DNA of 62,847 nucleotides, the filler included, from a bacterium (lineage in GTDB: Bacteria; UBP15; UBA6099; JAJRTR01): the NCBI GenBank assembly GCA_024278215.1. It is 4 parts of 4 records of this genome, joined end to end, with 100 filler letters (N's around TTAATTAATTAA, not from the genome) between each part and the next. Parts side by side here need not be neighbours in the genome. Positions count along the whole stretch, not along the records: positions 1 to 22,912 come from JAJRTR010000175.1; positions 23,013 to 51,388 come from JAJRTR010000177.1; 2 more parts are not named here. The stretch is one strand, 5' to 3'. The notes beneath the pieces are model-generated. The model was given only the letters and a program-made list of their open reading frames with translations, did no database searches and was not told where the DNA came from. Shown piece by piece: positions 21,116-30,232 of the stretch. The stretch's first letter is position 1. Each line of letters starts with the position of its first letter. A program made the position numbers and the translations under genes.

Positions 21116-21712
21116 TCAAACCACAATATGCTCGGCGGCGAAGATGTCGCCGTCTTTTGTGGTGGCGGTAATCATGGCCCGGAAGGGGAGCCCGGCGATG
21201 TCGGTGTTTGTGATGAGGTACCACCATGATTTCAACTGCGCCTGCTCGGCGGCTCCGGATTCGACAAATGTTTTATCAAGTTCAGACAGTGAGACCTCGA
21301 GTTTTTTGAAAGGTGCAGGTTCGGGAAAGTTTATTTTCAGAAACATCAGGTCACCGCTCTTTTCCGCCACGACATCCTCGAACTCCAGTGTCTTGTGTAT
21401 GTTCCGGTCGCTGCGGTGTTCCGCGATATAATCTGAGATTGCAAGGTGATAGACGGACCGGCCCGATTGCTTTGATTCCTCGATATATTTTTCTTTTTTC
21501 TCTTCGTCGGCTATGACTTCCTTCGCATACAGTACAGCCTGTCGGAATAAATCCACCTGTTTCTGTTCGGCATCACTTTTCTTGCGCTTCGGGTCCCTTT
21601 TCGGTTTGCGGCTGAGGTAAGGTTTTCCGTTGCGCACTTTTATCACGAAGTCCGTGCCGTGTGTTTCCACCCATTGCTTGAGGTCGATTGTGTTTTTCTT
21701 ATGTTTTGCCAA
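21116..21712 (-). CDS. Hypothetical protein with basic N-terminal domain
   Basis: TTG start overlapping the rlmN end with a GGAGG RBS; FVIKVRNGKPYLSRKP...FRQAVLYAK...SVYHLAISDY. Confidence 0.65.
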   Translation of the reverse strand: MAKHKKNTIDLKQWVETHGTDFVIKVRNGKPYLSRKPKRDPKRKKSDAEQKQVDLFRQAVLYAKEVIADEEKKEKYIEESKQSGRSVYHLAISDYIAEHRSDRNIHKTLEFEDVVAEKSGDLMFLKINFPEPAPFKKLEVSLSELDKTFVESGAAEQAQLKSWWYLITNTDIAGLPFRAMITATTKDGDIFAAEHIVV

Positions 21713-22739
21713 CTTCTATTCCTCCAAGCTGTCCGCAGGCCGCGCTGATTTCTTTTCCCCGGCTATCGCGCAGCAATACATCGTAACCCCTGTCGCGCAG
21801 AATCCCATGGAATCTTTCGATCCCGGCTTCACCCGGCCTTCTGTATTCAAGTTCCTCACACTCGTTGAACGGTATGAGGTTTATTTTACATTGAATACCC
21901 TTCAGAAGTCTACCCAGTTTTTCAGCATCACGCTCCGAGTCGTTTAAGCCCTCGAGCAGAACGTACTCGAAAGTTATTTTTCCACGCACCGGCGATTTGT
22001 AGTTTCGGCAGGCGTCGAGCAGCTTTTTAAGAGGATAGCGGCGCGTGACGGGCATGATGCGCGCGCGCAGTTTGCCGTCCGGCGCGTTGAGCGACACCGC
22101 CAGCCTGCCGAGTCCCAGCCTGCCGAACTGCCGCACCCTGTCGGTGATCCCCGAAGTCGACACAGTGATGCGCCGGGGCGCGATGCCCATCGCGCCGGGC
22201 GATGTCAGTGTTTGCAGAGCACGCACCACATTTGCGAAATTAAGAAACGGCTCACCCATACCCATAAAAACTATATTTGTTATCTCCGCGACGGGTCCGG
22301 CTTCCTTCCGCGACACCATTACCTGGTCGATGATCTCCGCCGCCTCGAGGTTCCGCCGGAAACCCCTCCTGCCCGTGAGACAGAACCGGCAGCCCAGTGC
22401 ACAGCCCGCCTGGCTCGACACGCACAGTGTGAGCCGGCCGCCCCCGGGTATCAGCACACTCTCGATCGTACGGCCATCGCCGAGTTCGTACAGGATTTTC
22501 TTCGCCCCGTCACTCGCGCACTCCACCTTCAACGGCCTCACGCTTATAACTTCAAACGCCTCCGACAACTGCCGTCTCAACAAAGAAGACAGGTTTGTCA
22601 TGGCATCGAAACTGTCCGCTTTTGCTTCGTACAGCCATTTCAGTATCTGGTCCGCGCGATATGCCGGTTCGCCCATCTGCTCCATTCGCACCCGCAGTTC
22701 ATCCGGCGACAGATTCTTAATTTTTTCTTTTGCACTCAT
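21699..22739 (-). CDS. rlmN: Dual-specificity RNA methyltransferase RlmN
   Basis: CVSSQAGCALGCRFC radical-SAM motif, MGMGEP, STSG, SLNA, EYVLL, INLIPFN, AACGQL. Confidence 0.96.
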   Translation of the reverse strand: MSAKEKIKNLSPDELRVRMEQMGEPAYRADQILKWLYEAKADSFDAMTNLSSLLRRQLSEAFEVISVRPLKVECASDGAKKILYELGDGRTIESVLIPGGGRLTLCVSSQAGCALGCRFCLTGRRGFRRNLEAAEIIDQVMVSRKEAGPVAEITNIVFMGMGEPFLNFANVVRALQTLTSPGAMGIAPRRITVSTSGITDRVRQFGRLGLGRLAVSLNAPDGKLRARIMPVTRRYPLKKLLDACRNYKSPVRGKITFEYVLLEGLNDSERDAEKLGRLLKGIQCKINLIPFNECEELEYRRPGEAGIERFHGILRDRGYDVLLRDSRGKEISAACGQLGGIEVGKT

Positions 22740-22798
22740 TATGCTTTTCCAACAGACTTTGGCGTCCGTATTGAAAATCAGCCTTCGTAATTATAATA

Positions 22799-22912
22799 CT
22801 GGACAGTACCAAGTTCTGGATAATACTTTACCCCTTTTTTACTGATTTGCGAAGCTTGGCGAGTTCGACGGATAGGTCGATCCATTCGCCGGTAAGTTTT
22901 TTGAATTGCTTA
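22799..22912 (-). mobile_element. End of a multicopy IS-like element with the 3' end of a DUF6788-like ORF (stop 22828-22830)
   Basis: Identical to 57688-57801; both run into contig ends; minus strand encodes ..KQFKKLTGEWIDLSVELAKLRKSVKKG*. Confidence 0.7.
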
Positions 22913-23012
22913 NNNNNNNNNNNNNNNNNNNNNNNNNNNNNNNNNNNNNNNNNNNNTTAATTAATTAANNNNNNNNNNNNNNNNNNNNNNNNNNNNNNNN
23001 NNNNNNNNNNNN
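22913..23012. other. Artificial contig linker (N run with TTAATTAATTAA)
   Basis: 100 bp with a central all-frame stop motif, identical to the other two linkers. Confidence 0.95.
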
Positions 23013-23128
23013 GATAAATGGGTCTTTGGTTTTCAATATGTCCATAATGTACAATATTATAAAAGCTGTCATAATGTATTTTCAATTGCCTCCGCAGGAG
23101 GCCCCATCTTCCGGGCGCAAGTCCCGGA
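23013..23128 (-). mobile_element. Probable IS terminus inserted into the FGE gene, with inward promoter and ORF start
   Basis: FGE homology stops abruptly at ~23126; hairpins TCCGGG-N7-CCCGGA and GCCTCC-N3-GGAGGC; minus-strand TTGAAA-18-TATAAT then ATG (MDILKTKDPFI..) into the gap. Confidence 0.5.
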
Positions 23129-23935
23129 CGAGGCGTAGTAACTTACATCATACCAGTCGTTTACCCATTCCCATACGTTGCCCGCCATGTCCATGGCTCC
23201 GTAATAGCTCGCTCCTGTGGGATAACTGCCCACTTGCGTTGTGTCGCCGTAACTACCAATTCCATATCCATAATAATCATAAAAATTCGCCATCGAGCAC
23301 GTGGCGCTGGTATCGCCCCATGGGTATATGTTCTCGCTCGGACTCGGCCCCCGCGCAGCTTTCTCCCATTCCGCTTCCGTAGGCAGCCGCCCGCCTATCC
23401 AGCCGCAGTACGTGCTCGCTTTGTTCCAGTCCACGTATATTACAGGGTAATTGTCATAAGTCGCATTGCCGTAATATGACGAATGACTATAAGATGACGA
23501 ACTTGACGGCGCGGTGCACGTTCCCGCGTCCACGCAGGCTTTATACTGCGCGTTCGTCACTTCGTATTTCTGTATCTTGTACTCAGAAAGCGTCACCGTG
23601 TGCTTGGGTTCTTCACGGCCATCTCCCTCACACTCCGTATCCGCGGCGGCGCAGCCCATGACGAAGTCGCCCGCGGGAATCGTTATCCATGCGTTGGTGG
23701 CTATGGTTTCCGTGGTGCAGGTGGCAGAACATCCGTCACCGCCGGTGGTGTTGCCGTCGTCTCAGGTTTCGCCCGTTTCAGTCGTTCCGTTGCCGCAAAC
23801 GGCGTTGGTCACAGTCGGTGTTGTAGGTGTACCGCCACCCCCGCCGCCGCAGCCGGCGAGTATGAGCGTGAGTGCAAGTGCGAGCGTCATTGTCAAGCTC
23901 ATACTCTTTGTCGAAATTCCTCGTACTTTTTTCAT
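23069..23935 (-). pseudogene. Lipoprotein with a myxococcal Cys-rich repeat and an FGE-sulfatase (SUMF1) domain; in-frame TGA and truncated C-terminus
   Basis: AAGGAGG RBS, ATG at 23935, lipobox LAGC; CGNG..E.GET-TGA-DDGN...GDGCSATC; EVTNAQY, RLPTEAEWEKAARG, DMAGNVWEWV; lacks RGGSW..GFRC. Confidence 0.8.
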
Positions 23936-24328
23936 TGATAATGCCTCCTTCGTTCAATATTTCATGCATAATACAGCATATAAGAGATGATAATACTCGC
24001 ATTTTATCAAAAAAATAAAATAGCAATAATATTCCAGAAATTATTTGCCATGATTGTCGCGGGTTGGTTTGTTATGCAGTTAGGGCGTGAATAATGCTAT
24101 GCGACGCGATGGGGTTGTATGATCTGTAAAAGGCGGCCATTGGAAGATTCCGGGGACGCGATGCGGTATTTGCTGCGTGCGGGTTTGCCGTCGACTGTTG
24201 TGCCAAGATAAATATGAAAAACGGCACGCTGGAAAGAAACCACGGATTGAAGTAGAATTAAGCCTATGGGGAAGATGAAACCCTGCATCGGGACTTTGGC
24301 CGGGGTTCCCGTTAGCGGGAGGTGAACA

Positions 24329-24547
24329 ATGAAAACATTTTCAGCATACGTCGAATGGGATCCGGAAACCAGGCTTTATGTGGGGATCGTGCCTGGCATT
24401 TCCGGGGCTCATACACAGGGAGCAACGCTGGATGAACTGCGCGACAACCTGAAGGTGGTATTGGAACTGTGTATCGAAGAGTACAAGTGAAGGACGGATG
24501 ATCTGCCGCACTTTGTTGGTCTTCAACAGATTGAGGTTGCTGTATGA
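24329..24547 (+). pseudogene. hicB: HicB family antitoxin with in-frame TGA at 24488-24490
   Basis: GGAGG RBS; MKTFSAYVEWDPETRLYVGIVPGISGAHTQGATLDELRDNL..EEYK-TGA-RTDDLPHFVGLQQIEVAV*; ATGA overlap with hicA. Confidence 0.8.
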
Positions 24548-24777
24548 CAAGGCTTCCCGTTGTTGATTTCGAAAGAATGGATAAAGTGTTGCGTCATTTG
24601 GGTTTTGAATTTGTGCGTCAGAAAGGAAGCCACGTCTTCTACCGCCATACTGACGGCAGAAATACGACACTTCCCAACTATCGGGGCAGGGATATTGCCA
24701 GACCTCTAATCCGCGGGATTATAAGAGAGATCAACCTGCCACCTGAACAATTCAGAGAAATTCTTGACACGATATAA
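24544..24777 (+). CDS. hicA: HicA family mRNA interferase toxin
   Basis: LGF..VRQKGSHVFYRH.DGR.T.LP motif; coupled to hicB. Confidence 0.88.
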   Translation: MTRLPVVDFERMDKVLRHLGFEFVRQKGSHVFYRHTDGRNTTLPNYRGRDIARPLIRGIIREINLPPEQFREILDTI

Positions 24778-24842
24778 CTTGAATGTTTCTGCATCGGTTT
24801 GGTATTATCGAAGCTTTTCTATAATGTCTCTCTTCCCATTAA

Positions 24843-25041
24843 CCCGCATATTTCACAAATGCTGGTGAAAAACCGGAAGAATGCCCATAATACAAGGCGC
24901 GGCAAGTGAGTGGTGAGGGAGCAGCCGGCCAGCCGGCCTCATGCGCAAAATGCAGGTATGTGACCGATCCCGAATCGCCGTCGCAACGTAGTAGAATAGG
25001 CGTTATCGCGAATTTCCGGATTTCTTTGTGAGAAATCCGGG
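24843..25041 (+). mobile_element. MITE family B, full copy (~200 bp)
   Basis: Terminal inverted repeats CCCGCATATTTCAC / GTGAGAAATCCGGG; flanks TTAA/CTAA; internal homology to 36011-36128. Confidence 0.72.
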
Positions 25042-25045
25042 CTAA

Positions 25046-25099
25046 GGACAGTTGCAGGCGACAGCCGACTGCAGCAGGATCAGAATTCTGCAATTAGCC
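25046..25099 (+). repeat. MITE family A, right-end remnant
   Basis: GGACAGTTGCAG..CAGCCGACTGCAGCAGGATCAGAATTCTGCAATT resembles the family A right end. Confidence 0.6.
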
Positions 25100-25120
25100 T
25101 GGAAGGTAATTATTACAGTT

Positions 25121-27397
25121 ATGACGAGAAAAGAGATATTGCTCGACGGTGGCAACTGGGAGCTGGGGCAGGTGATGAGCAGGCAGGGGGTTGACGATGT
25201 CGAGCGCTGGGTGCCTGCCCGCGTACCCGGCAATGTGCGTGGCGCGCTGCTCGATGCCGGACTTATCGAGGACCCCTACTACGCTAGGCAGAACGAACTC
25301 TCCCGCTGGGTTGAAGACTGGAACTGGTACTATAAGCGCGAGTTCGACGCCGACCCCGGCGCGCGGCGCACTTTCCTGCGGTTCGAGGGCGTAGACTACA
25401 AGTGTTGCGTTTTTGTTAACGGTCGCAATGTCGTCGAGAACGAGGGCATGTTCGCGCCGATCATTATCGACATATCGCAACTTATAAAACAGAAGAATAC
25501 TCTGAGCGTCAATATCGAATATTCGGGTAGTCTGCGCAAACGCGAGTCCACTCTGAAGTGCCAGATGGGTTTCGGCTGGGACTTCGCGCCAGCGTTGAGG
25601 TCTATGGGTATCTGGGATTCTGTGTCGCTGGTGCAGACGGGTGATGTGTATATACGACACGTACTCGCGCAGCCGGTCCGCGTGACGGAAAACTACTGGG
25701 AACTGCGTGTCAGGCTTGTGCTCGACGCGCTGAACGAGGCAGCTTACGGAATAGAGCTGAAAACCGCTCCCGACAACTTTGATGGTGAAGAGAAGACATA
25801 TAAATTCGATGAAGTCGTGCGGCGCGGCATCACGGAACTTGTGTTCGACCTGCCGATGAAAAACCCGAGACTGTGGCAGCCCTGGGAAGAGGGCGAACAG
25901 AATATGTATCGTCTGGAAACACGGATAAGGGACGGGCGCAGGATAGTAGACAATACGAAAACGGCGTTCGGAGTACGTGAGGTCGAGTTGCTGCCCTGCG
26001 ACGGGTGGCCCGAGTATCGCTGGACGTTCGTTGTGAACGGACGCCGCAAGTTCATACGGGGTGCGAACTGGGTGCCCGCCGACTCTCTGCCCGGCACGGT
26101 GACGCGCGAGCGCTACCGCCGTCTCCTGCAAATGGCTCGCGACGCGAACATCAACATGCTGCGTGTGTGGGGCGGCGGTCTGCGCGAAAAGAAAGATTTC
26201 TACGATATCTGCAACGAACTCGGCATTATGATCTGGCAGGAGTTTCCTTTCGCCTGCCCGGGCGGCATGACCTATCCCACTACAAAAGCGTTTCGCAAAC
26301 TCGTCGACAGTGAAGTGACGGGCATACTGCGAACGATCCACAACCACCCGTCTGTGGTGTTTTACTGCGGAGGCAACGAGTTCGGCCAAAGCTGGAACAG
26401 GGGACTCGTGAAGCAGTTGAAGAAGCTGGTGCGCGCACACGGCGGCGGGCGGCAGTTCAGTGTCACGTCGCCTACCGAGGGCGAGAGCCACAACTGGGAA
26501 GTGTTCCACATGATGGCCAACATCGGCGATTACCGCAGGGAGGACTGCGCTTTTCTTAGCGAATTCGGCATGCAGTCCGTGCCGGTGCGCGAGAGTCTCT
26601 ACAAGTTTATGCCCCCCGGCAACCACTGGCCCGTCAGCCCGAAGATGCCGTATATTTTAAATGAGTTTTCCTTATCAAGTGTTGCTGAAATCGACGCCAT
26701 GGGACGGTACCTGCTCAAGGGGCGCGAGCGTCGCAACGCCGGTATGTGGGCATATCACAACGCGCAGCTCATGAAGCTGTTCCACTATGCAGGCCAACTC
26801 GATGTTATCGACGTTACGACATTTATCGACGCCACGCAGAAGATGCAGGCTCATGCGCTCCAGACGGCTGTCGAGCATATGAGGAGGCGCAGGAACAGCG
26901 CGGGCGGCATCATGTTCTGGCAGTTCAACGAGCCGTGGCCGTGCGTCTGCTGGAGTGTGGTCGACTACTACCTCCAACCCAAACTCGCTTATGAAAAAGT
27001 GAAACAGGTCTACTCGCCGCTGCTGGTGTCGCTCGAGTTCGATATGGGGCCTTACGAACCGGATCAGGTGCTTCGTTCACGTATCTTTGTGATAAACGAT
27101 CTGCACAGTGATATAAAGAATCTCACTATCACAATTCGCGTGACGGACCGTACAGGCCAGGAATCGTTTCGCCGCGAGATAAAGTTGCCGGCGGCGGCGC
27201 CTGACAGTATTGTCGAACTCGCGCCTGTGGACATTGCCCTGCGTGGCGACGGCGGGCAGATAATCGAATGCACCGCGAAAAAAGGGCGAAAAATTATTTG
27301 CAGGAATGAATACGACCTGTCGGTTGTGGACAAAAAGCCGACACTCAAGCTGTTGACACTCGGCGGCTGGATTATGCACAATATTTTCTGGAAATGA
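25121..27397 (+). CDS. Glycoside hydrolase family 2 (beta-mannosidase-like)
   Basis: LRFEGVDY, FGWDFAP..GIW, RGANWVPAD, NMLRVWGGG, NHPSV..YCGGNE, SEFG, FWQFNEPWP. Confidence 0.88.
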   Translation: MTRKEILLDGGNWELGQVMSRQGVDDVERWVPARVPGNVRGALLDAGLIEDPYYARQNELSRWVEDWNWYYKREFDADPGARRTFLRFEGVDYKCCVFVNGRNVVENEGMFAPIIIDISQLIKQKNTLSVNIEYSGSLRKRESTLKCQMGFGWDFAPALRSMGIWDSVSLVQTGDVYIRHVLAQPVRVTENYWELRVRLVLDALNEAAYGIELKTAPDNFDGEEKTYKFDEVVRRGITELVFDLPMKNPRLWQPWEEGEQNMYRLETRIRDGRRIVDNTKTAFGVREVELLPCDGWPEYRWTFVVNGRRKFIRGANWVPADSLPGTVTRERYRRLLQMARDANINMLRVWGGGLREKKDFYDICNELGIMIWQEFPFACPGGMTYPTTKAFRKLVDSEVTGILRTIHNHPSVVFYCGGNEFGQSWNRGLVKQLKKLVRAHGGGRQFSVTSPTEGESHNWEVFHMMANIGDYRREDCAFLSEFGMQSVPVRESLYKFMPPGNHWPVSPKMPYILNEFSLSSVAEIDAMGRYLLKGRERRNAGMWAYHNAQLMKLFHYAGQLDVIDVTTFIDATQKMQAHALQTAVEHMRRRRNSAGGIMFWQFNEPWPCVCWSVVDYYLQPKLAYEKVKQVYSPLLVSLEFDMGPYEPDQVLRSRIFVINDLHSDIKNLTITIRVTDRTGQESFRREIKLPAAAPDSIVELAPVDIALRGDGGQIIECTAKKGRKIICRNEYDLSVVDKKPTLKLLTLGGWIMHNIFWK

Positions 27398-27407
27398 GGG
27401 ATTGGAA

Positions 27408-28472
27408 ATGAAGGGACTTATCCTCAGCGGCGGCCGCGGTACAAGGCTCAGGCCGCTTACTTACACAAACGCGAAACAGCTCATACCTGTTGCCAACAAG
27501 CCTATTCTTTTCTATGGTATCGAAGCCATTGTCAATGCCGGAATCGACGATATAGGCATCGTCGTGGGCGAAACGGGCGAAGAGGTGAAAGCAGCGGCGG
27601 GTGACGGCAGCAAGTTCGATTGTAAAATTTCATATATTCAACAGGACGCGCCGCTGGGACTGGCTCATGCTGTTAAGGTGTCGCAGGAATATCTCGGTGA
27701 CGACCGCTTCGTGATGTATCTCGGTGATAATGTCATCAAGGACGGTATCAACGACCTTGTGGCGGAGTTCCGCAACGATAAGCCGAACTCACAGATACTG
27801 CTGGCGAAAGTGGCGAACCCTACGCAGTTCGGTGTGGCCGAACTCGACGGCGACCGTGTCGCGCGGCTCGAGGAAAAGCCGGAAAAGCCGAAGTCCGATC
27901 TCGCGCTCGTCGGCGTCTACATGTTCGACAAGAGCATACACACCGCCGTCAACTCGATCGAGCCGTCGGGCCGCGGCGAACTCGAGATCACAGACGCTAT
28001 CTCGTGGCTCATAGACAACGGCTACCGCGTCGTGCCGCACATTATAGGCGGATGGTGGAAGGACACCGGCAAGCTCGACGACCTGCTCGAAGCGAACCGG
28101 ATAATGCTCGATTTGCTCGAGCGCGACATCGCCGGCAGTGTGGACGGCACATCAAAGATCGAAGGAAAAGTTGTGATAGAAAAAGGCGCGACAATAACCG
28201 GCAGCCGGATTCGCGGACCGGCTGTGATTGGTGAAGGCGCGGAAGTCATAAATTCGTTCATCGGGCCGTTCACGTCGGTAGGTCCCGGCGCGAAAATTAA
28301 AAACAGCGAAATCGACCACAGCATTCTGCTGGATGAATGTTCGATCGAAAACGCAGGGGCACGGATGCAGGACAGCCTTATCGGCCGAAGAGCGCGCGTG
28401 TTCCGCACAGAGGGGTTGCCGCATGTACTGCGTTTCATGCTGGGCGACATGAGCGAGGCCGGACTGCTCTGA
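27408..28472 (+). CDS. rfbA: Glucose-1-phosphate thymidylyltransferase (long form)
   Basis: GGRGTRLRPLT...KQLIPVANKP, PLGLAHAV, EEKP, GRGELEITDA, WKDTG; C-terminal hexapeptide repeats. Confidence 0.92.
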   Translation: MKGLILSGGRGTRLRPLTYTNAKQLIPVANKPILFYGIEAIVNAGIDDIGIVVGETGEEVKAAAGDGSKFDCKISYIQQDAPLGLAHAVKVSQEYLGDDRFVMYLGDNVIKDGINDLVAEFRNDKPNSQILLAKVANPTQFGVAELDGDRVARLEEKPEKPKSDLALVGVYMFDKSIHTAVNSIEPSGRGELEITDAISWLIDNGYRVVPHIIGGWWKDTGKLDDLLEANRIMLDLLERDIAGSVDGTSKIEGKVVIEKGATITGSRIRGPAVIGEGAEVINSFIGPFTSVGPGAKIKNSEIDHSILLDECSIENAGARMQDSLIGRRARVFRTEGLPHVLRFMLGDMSEAGLL

Positions 28473-28618
28473 TTGCGCCGCCCCCGAAGCAATAAACTTT
28501 CGGACACTGTTGTCTTAAGGACCTGAATAAATATAAAATGATGAATCGGCAAAAGAGTAACCGTTTCGACACATCGTTCCGGGCCGGAGCCCCGGAATAA
28601 TAAAATGAACCAGCAAAT

Positions 28619-28797
28619 GAGCCAATTGCAAAATTATGTTCGAAGCGAGGTCGAACGAAATTGTTCAGGAACAAGGCGGAGGTGCAAAATCCCCGCAGGC
28701 GTACTTGCAGAGTACGTTGAGGGCGATTTTGTGCCGACAACGTAGCTGTGGACAATTGCAGCCGACCGCAGCCGAATCAGAATTTTGCAATTGGTTC
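28619..28797 (+). mobile_element. MITE family A, full copy with 4-bp target duplication AAAT
   Basis: TIRs GAGCCAATTGCAAAA / TTTTGCAATTGGTTC; AAAT on both flanks; non-coding. Confidence 0.82.
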
Positions 28798-28818
28798 AAA
28801 TAACTTCCGGAGGGGCAG

Positions 28819-29871
28819 ATGCCGGGCACAGTAACGCTACAGGAAATCGCAGAACAGTTTGATGTCTGGGAAGGACTCATCGAAGACATCGAGCTTCTTC
28901 AGAAAGATGTCAGCATCAACTTTCAGGTCAAGGAATTCGACGATCTTATCTTCATCGGTGCCGGTTCGTCTTTTTTTGTGGCGCATACCGCCGCCGCAAC
29001 TTTCAAGTTCACTACTGGCGAATGTGCGCACGCCTATGCGTCCTCGGAAATTTTACAGTTCCATCAATACATGCTCAAAAAAGAACGCAAATATCTTGTT
29101 GTGGTGTTCTCGCGCTCGGGAGAAACCACCGAGACGCGCGCCGCTCTCGAACTGCTCAAAAGCGAATACCGCATCGCCTCGATCGTCATCACATGCAACA
29201 CACAATCCGACATTCTCGCGGCCTGCGATCTCGCGTTTCCTGTGAAAAGCTGCATCGAAAGCAGTCCGGTCATGACAAAATCATTCACCGGAATGCTCTT
29301 TGTTGCCTATATGTTCGCATCAGCCTACGGAGAGCGGTTCACGAGCATGAACTATCTGAAGCAACTGCCGGAAGAAGGCCGGGCGGCATTCGAGTGGCAG
29401 CGCAGGGTATGTGAAAAAGTATGCGACGAAGCACCGATGGAACGCATCACCATACTGGGCGGCGGACCCATGCTGGGCGTCGCCCTCGAGTGCGGGCTCA
29501 AGCTGGACGAAGTCGCGCAGCTCCGCACTAAAGCACTCTCGCCACTCGAATTCAGGCACGGCTATCACACCTCCGTAGGCCCGCAGGATCTTGTGATATT
29601 TCTCATGTCCGATTCCGGCAGAAAGCATGAACTCGAACTGCTGGGCGAGGTTCGGAACTACAGCGCGAAAACAATGGTGGTTTCAGACAAGAAAGAACAG
29701 GCCTTCGACACGTCAGCCGACTACACGGTGCTCACAGGCCGCGGCATACCCGAGCATTACAGGGGCATCCTTTACGCTCCTTTTTTCCAGTTCCTCGCGT
29801 GCCTCACAGCCATGCCCAAAGGCATTGATCCCGACGCGCCGCCCCGTGTCAGCCGCATTGTCACTCTTTAA
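28819..29871 (+). CDS. Double SIS-domain sugar-phosphate isomerase/deaminase (GlmS C-terminal/AgaS-like)
   Basis: IGAGSS, SRSGETTE, ESSPVMTKSFT, EC.LKL.E, EFRHG, GIDPD.P..VSR.V. Confidence 0.85.
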   Translation: MPGTVTLQEIAEQFDVWEGLIEDIELLQKDVSINFQVKEFDDLIFIGAGSSFFVAHTAAATFKFTTGECAHAYASSEILQFHQYMLKKERKYLVVVFSRSGETTETRAALELLKSEYRIASIVITCNTQSDILAACDLAFPVKSCIESSPVMTKSFTGMLFVAYMFASAYGERFTSMNYLKQLPEEGRAAFEWQRRVCEKVCDEAPMERITILGGGPMLGVALECGLKLDEVAQLRTKALSPLEFRHGYHTSVGPQDLVIFLMSDSGRKHELELLGEVRNYSAKTMVVSDKKEQAFDTSADYTVLTGRGIPEHYRGILYAPFFQFLACLTAMPKGIDPDAPPRVSRIVTL

Positions 29872-29942
29872 TCCAGATTTTTCACAAAGAAATATGTAAC
29901 TGTTCACGGGGGACATTGAAAATAATGCGTTAAACACCTGTA

Positions 29943-29967
29943 GATTCTTCGCTTCGCTCAGAATGAC
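29943..29967 (-). repeat. REP-like sequence GTCATTCTGAGCGAAGCGAAGAATC
   Basis: Matches a widespread intergenic REP-type motif; degenerate relative near 34336-34400. Confidence 0.5.
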
Positions 29968-30232
29968 AAGCCACGGATTTTGAGTATAACGTCGATAACA
30001 GAAATTCCTGGAATGCAAAAACGTCAGTTTTTGCGATATGCGACTTCTTCACAGTTGCAACGACACAGTCGTTGCATTCAAGAAATCTCAGATGTATCAT
30101 TGCGAACAGTTACTTGTGAACGGATAAAAACATCTGTACAACTCACACCAGAATTGAAATAAGTCGTGGACGTAGTGCACATAAAAATGTATAGTGTTAT
30201 GATGAACAGATAATATTACGGAGGTTATACGA

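Noticed and set aside
22913-23012. TTAATTAATTAA as a biological repeat, or one IS spanning this gap
   Set aside because: It is an identical 100-bp linker at all three gaps, and the FGE C-terminus does not resume on the other side
23069-23935. Diversity-generating retroelement targeting the FGE protein
   Set aside because: No reverse transcriptase and no TR/VR repeat pair seen; the VR-bearing C-terminus is missing
23762-24490. Genome-wide TGA reassignment (code 4 or 25)
   Set aside because: Many intact genes (ispD, hdrB, hdrA, metV, metF, rfbA) end in TGA at the expected positions
25094-26626. Long antisense ORFs (also 19981-21126, 53731-55026, 17895-18932)
   Set aside because: Shadows of GC-rich, well-supported genes on the opposite strand, with no recognisable motifs
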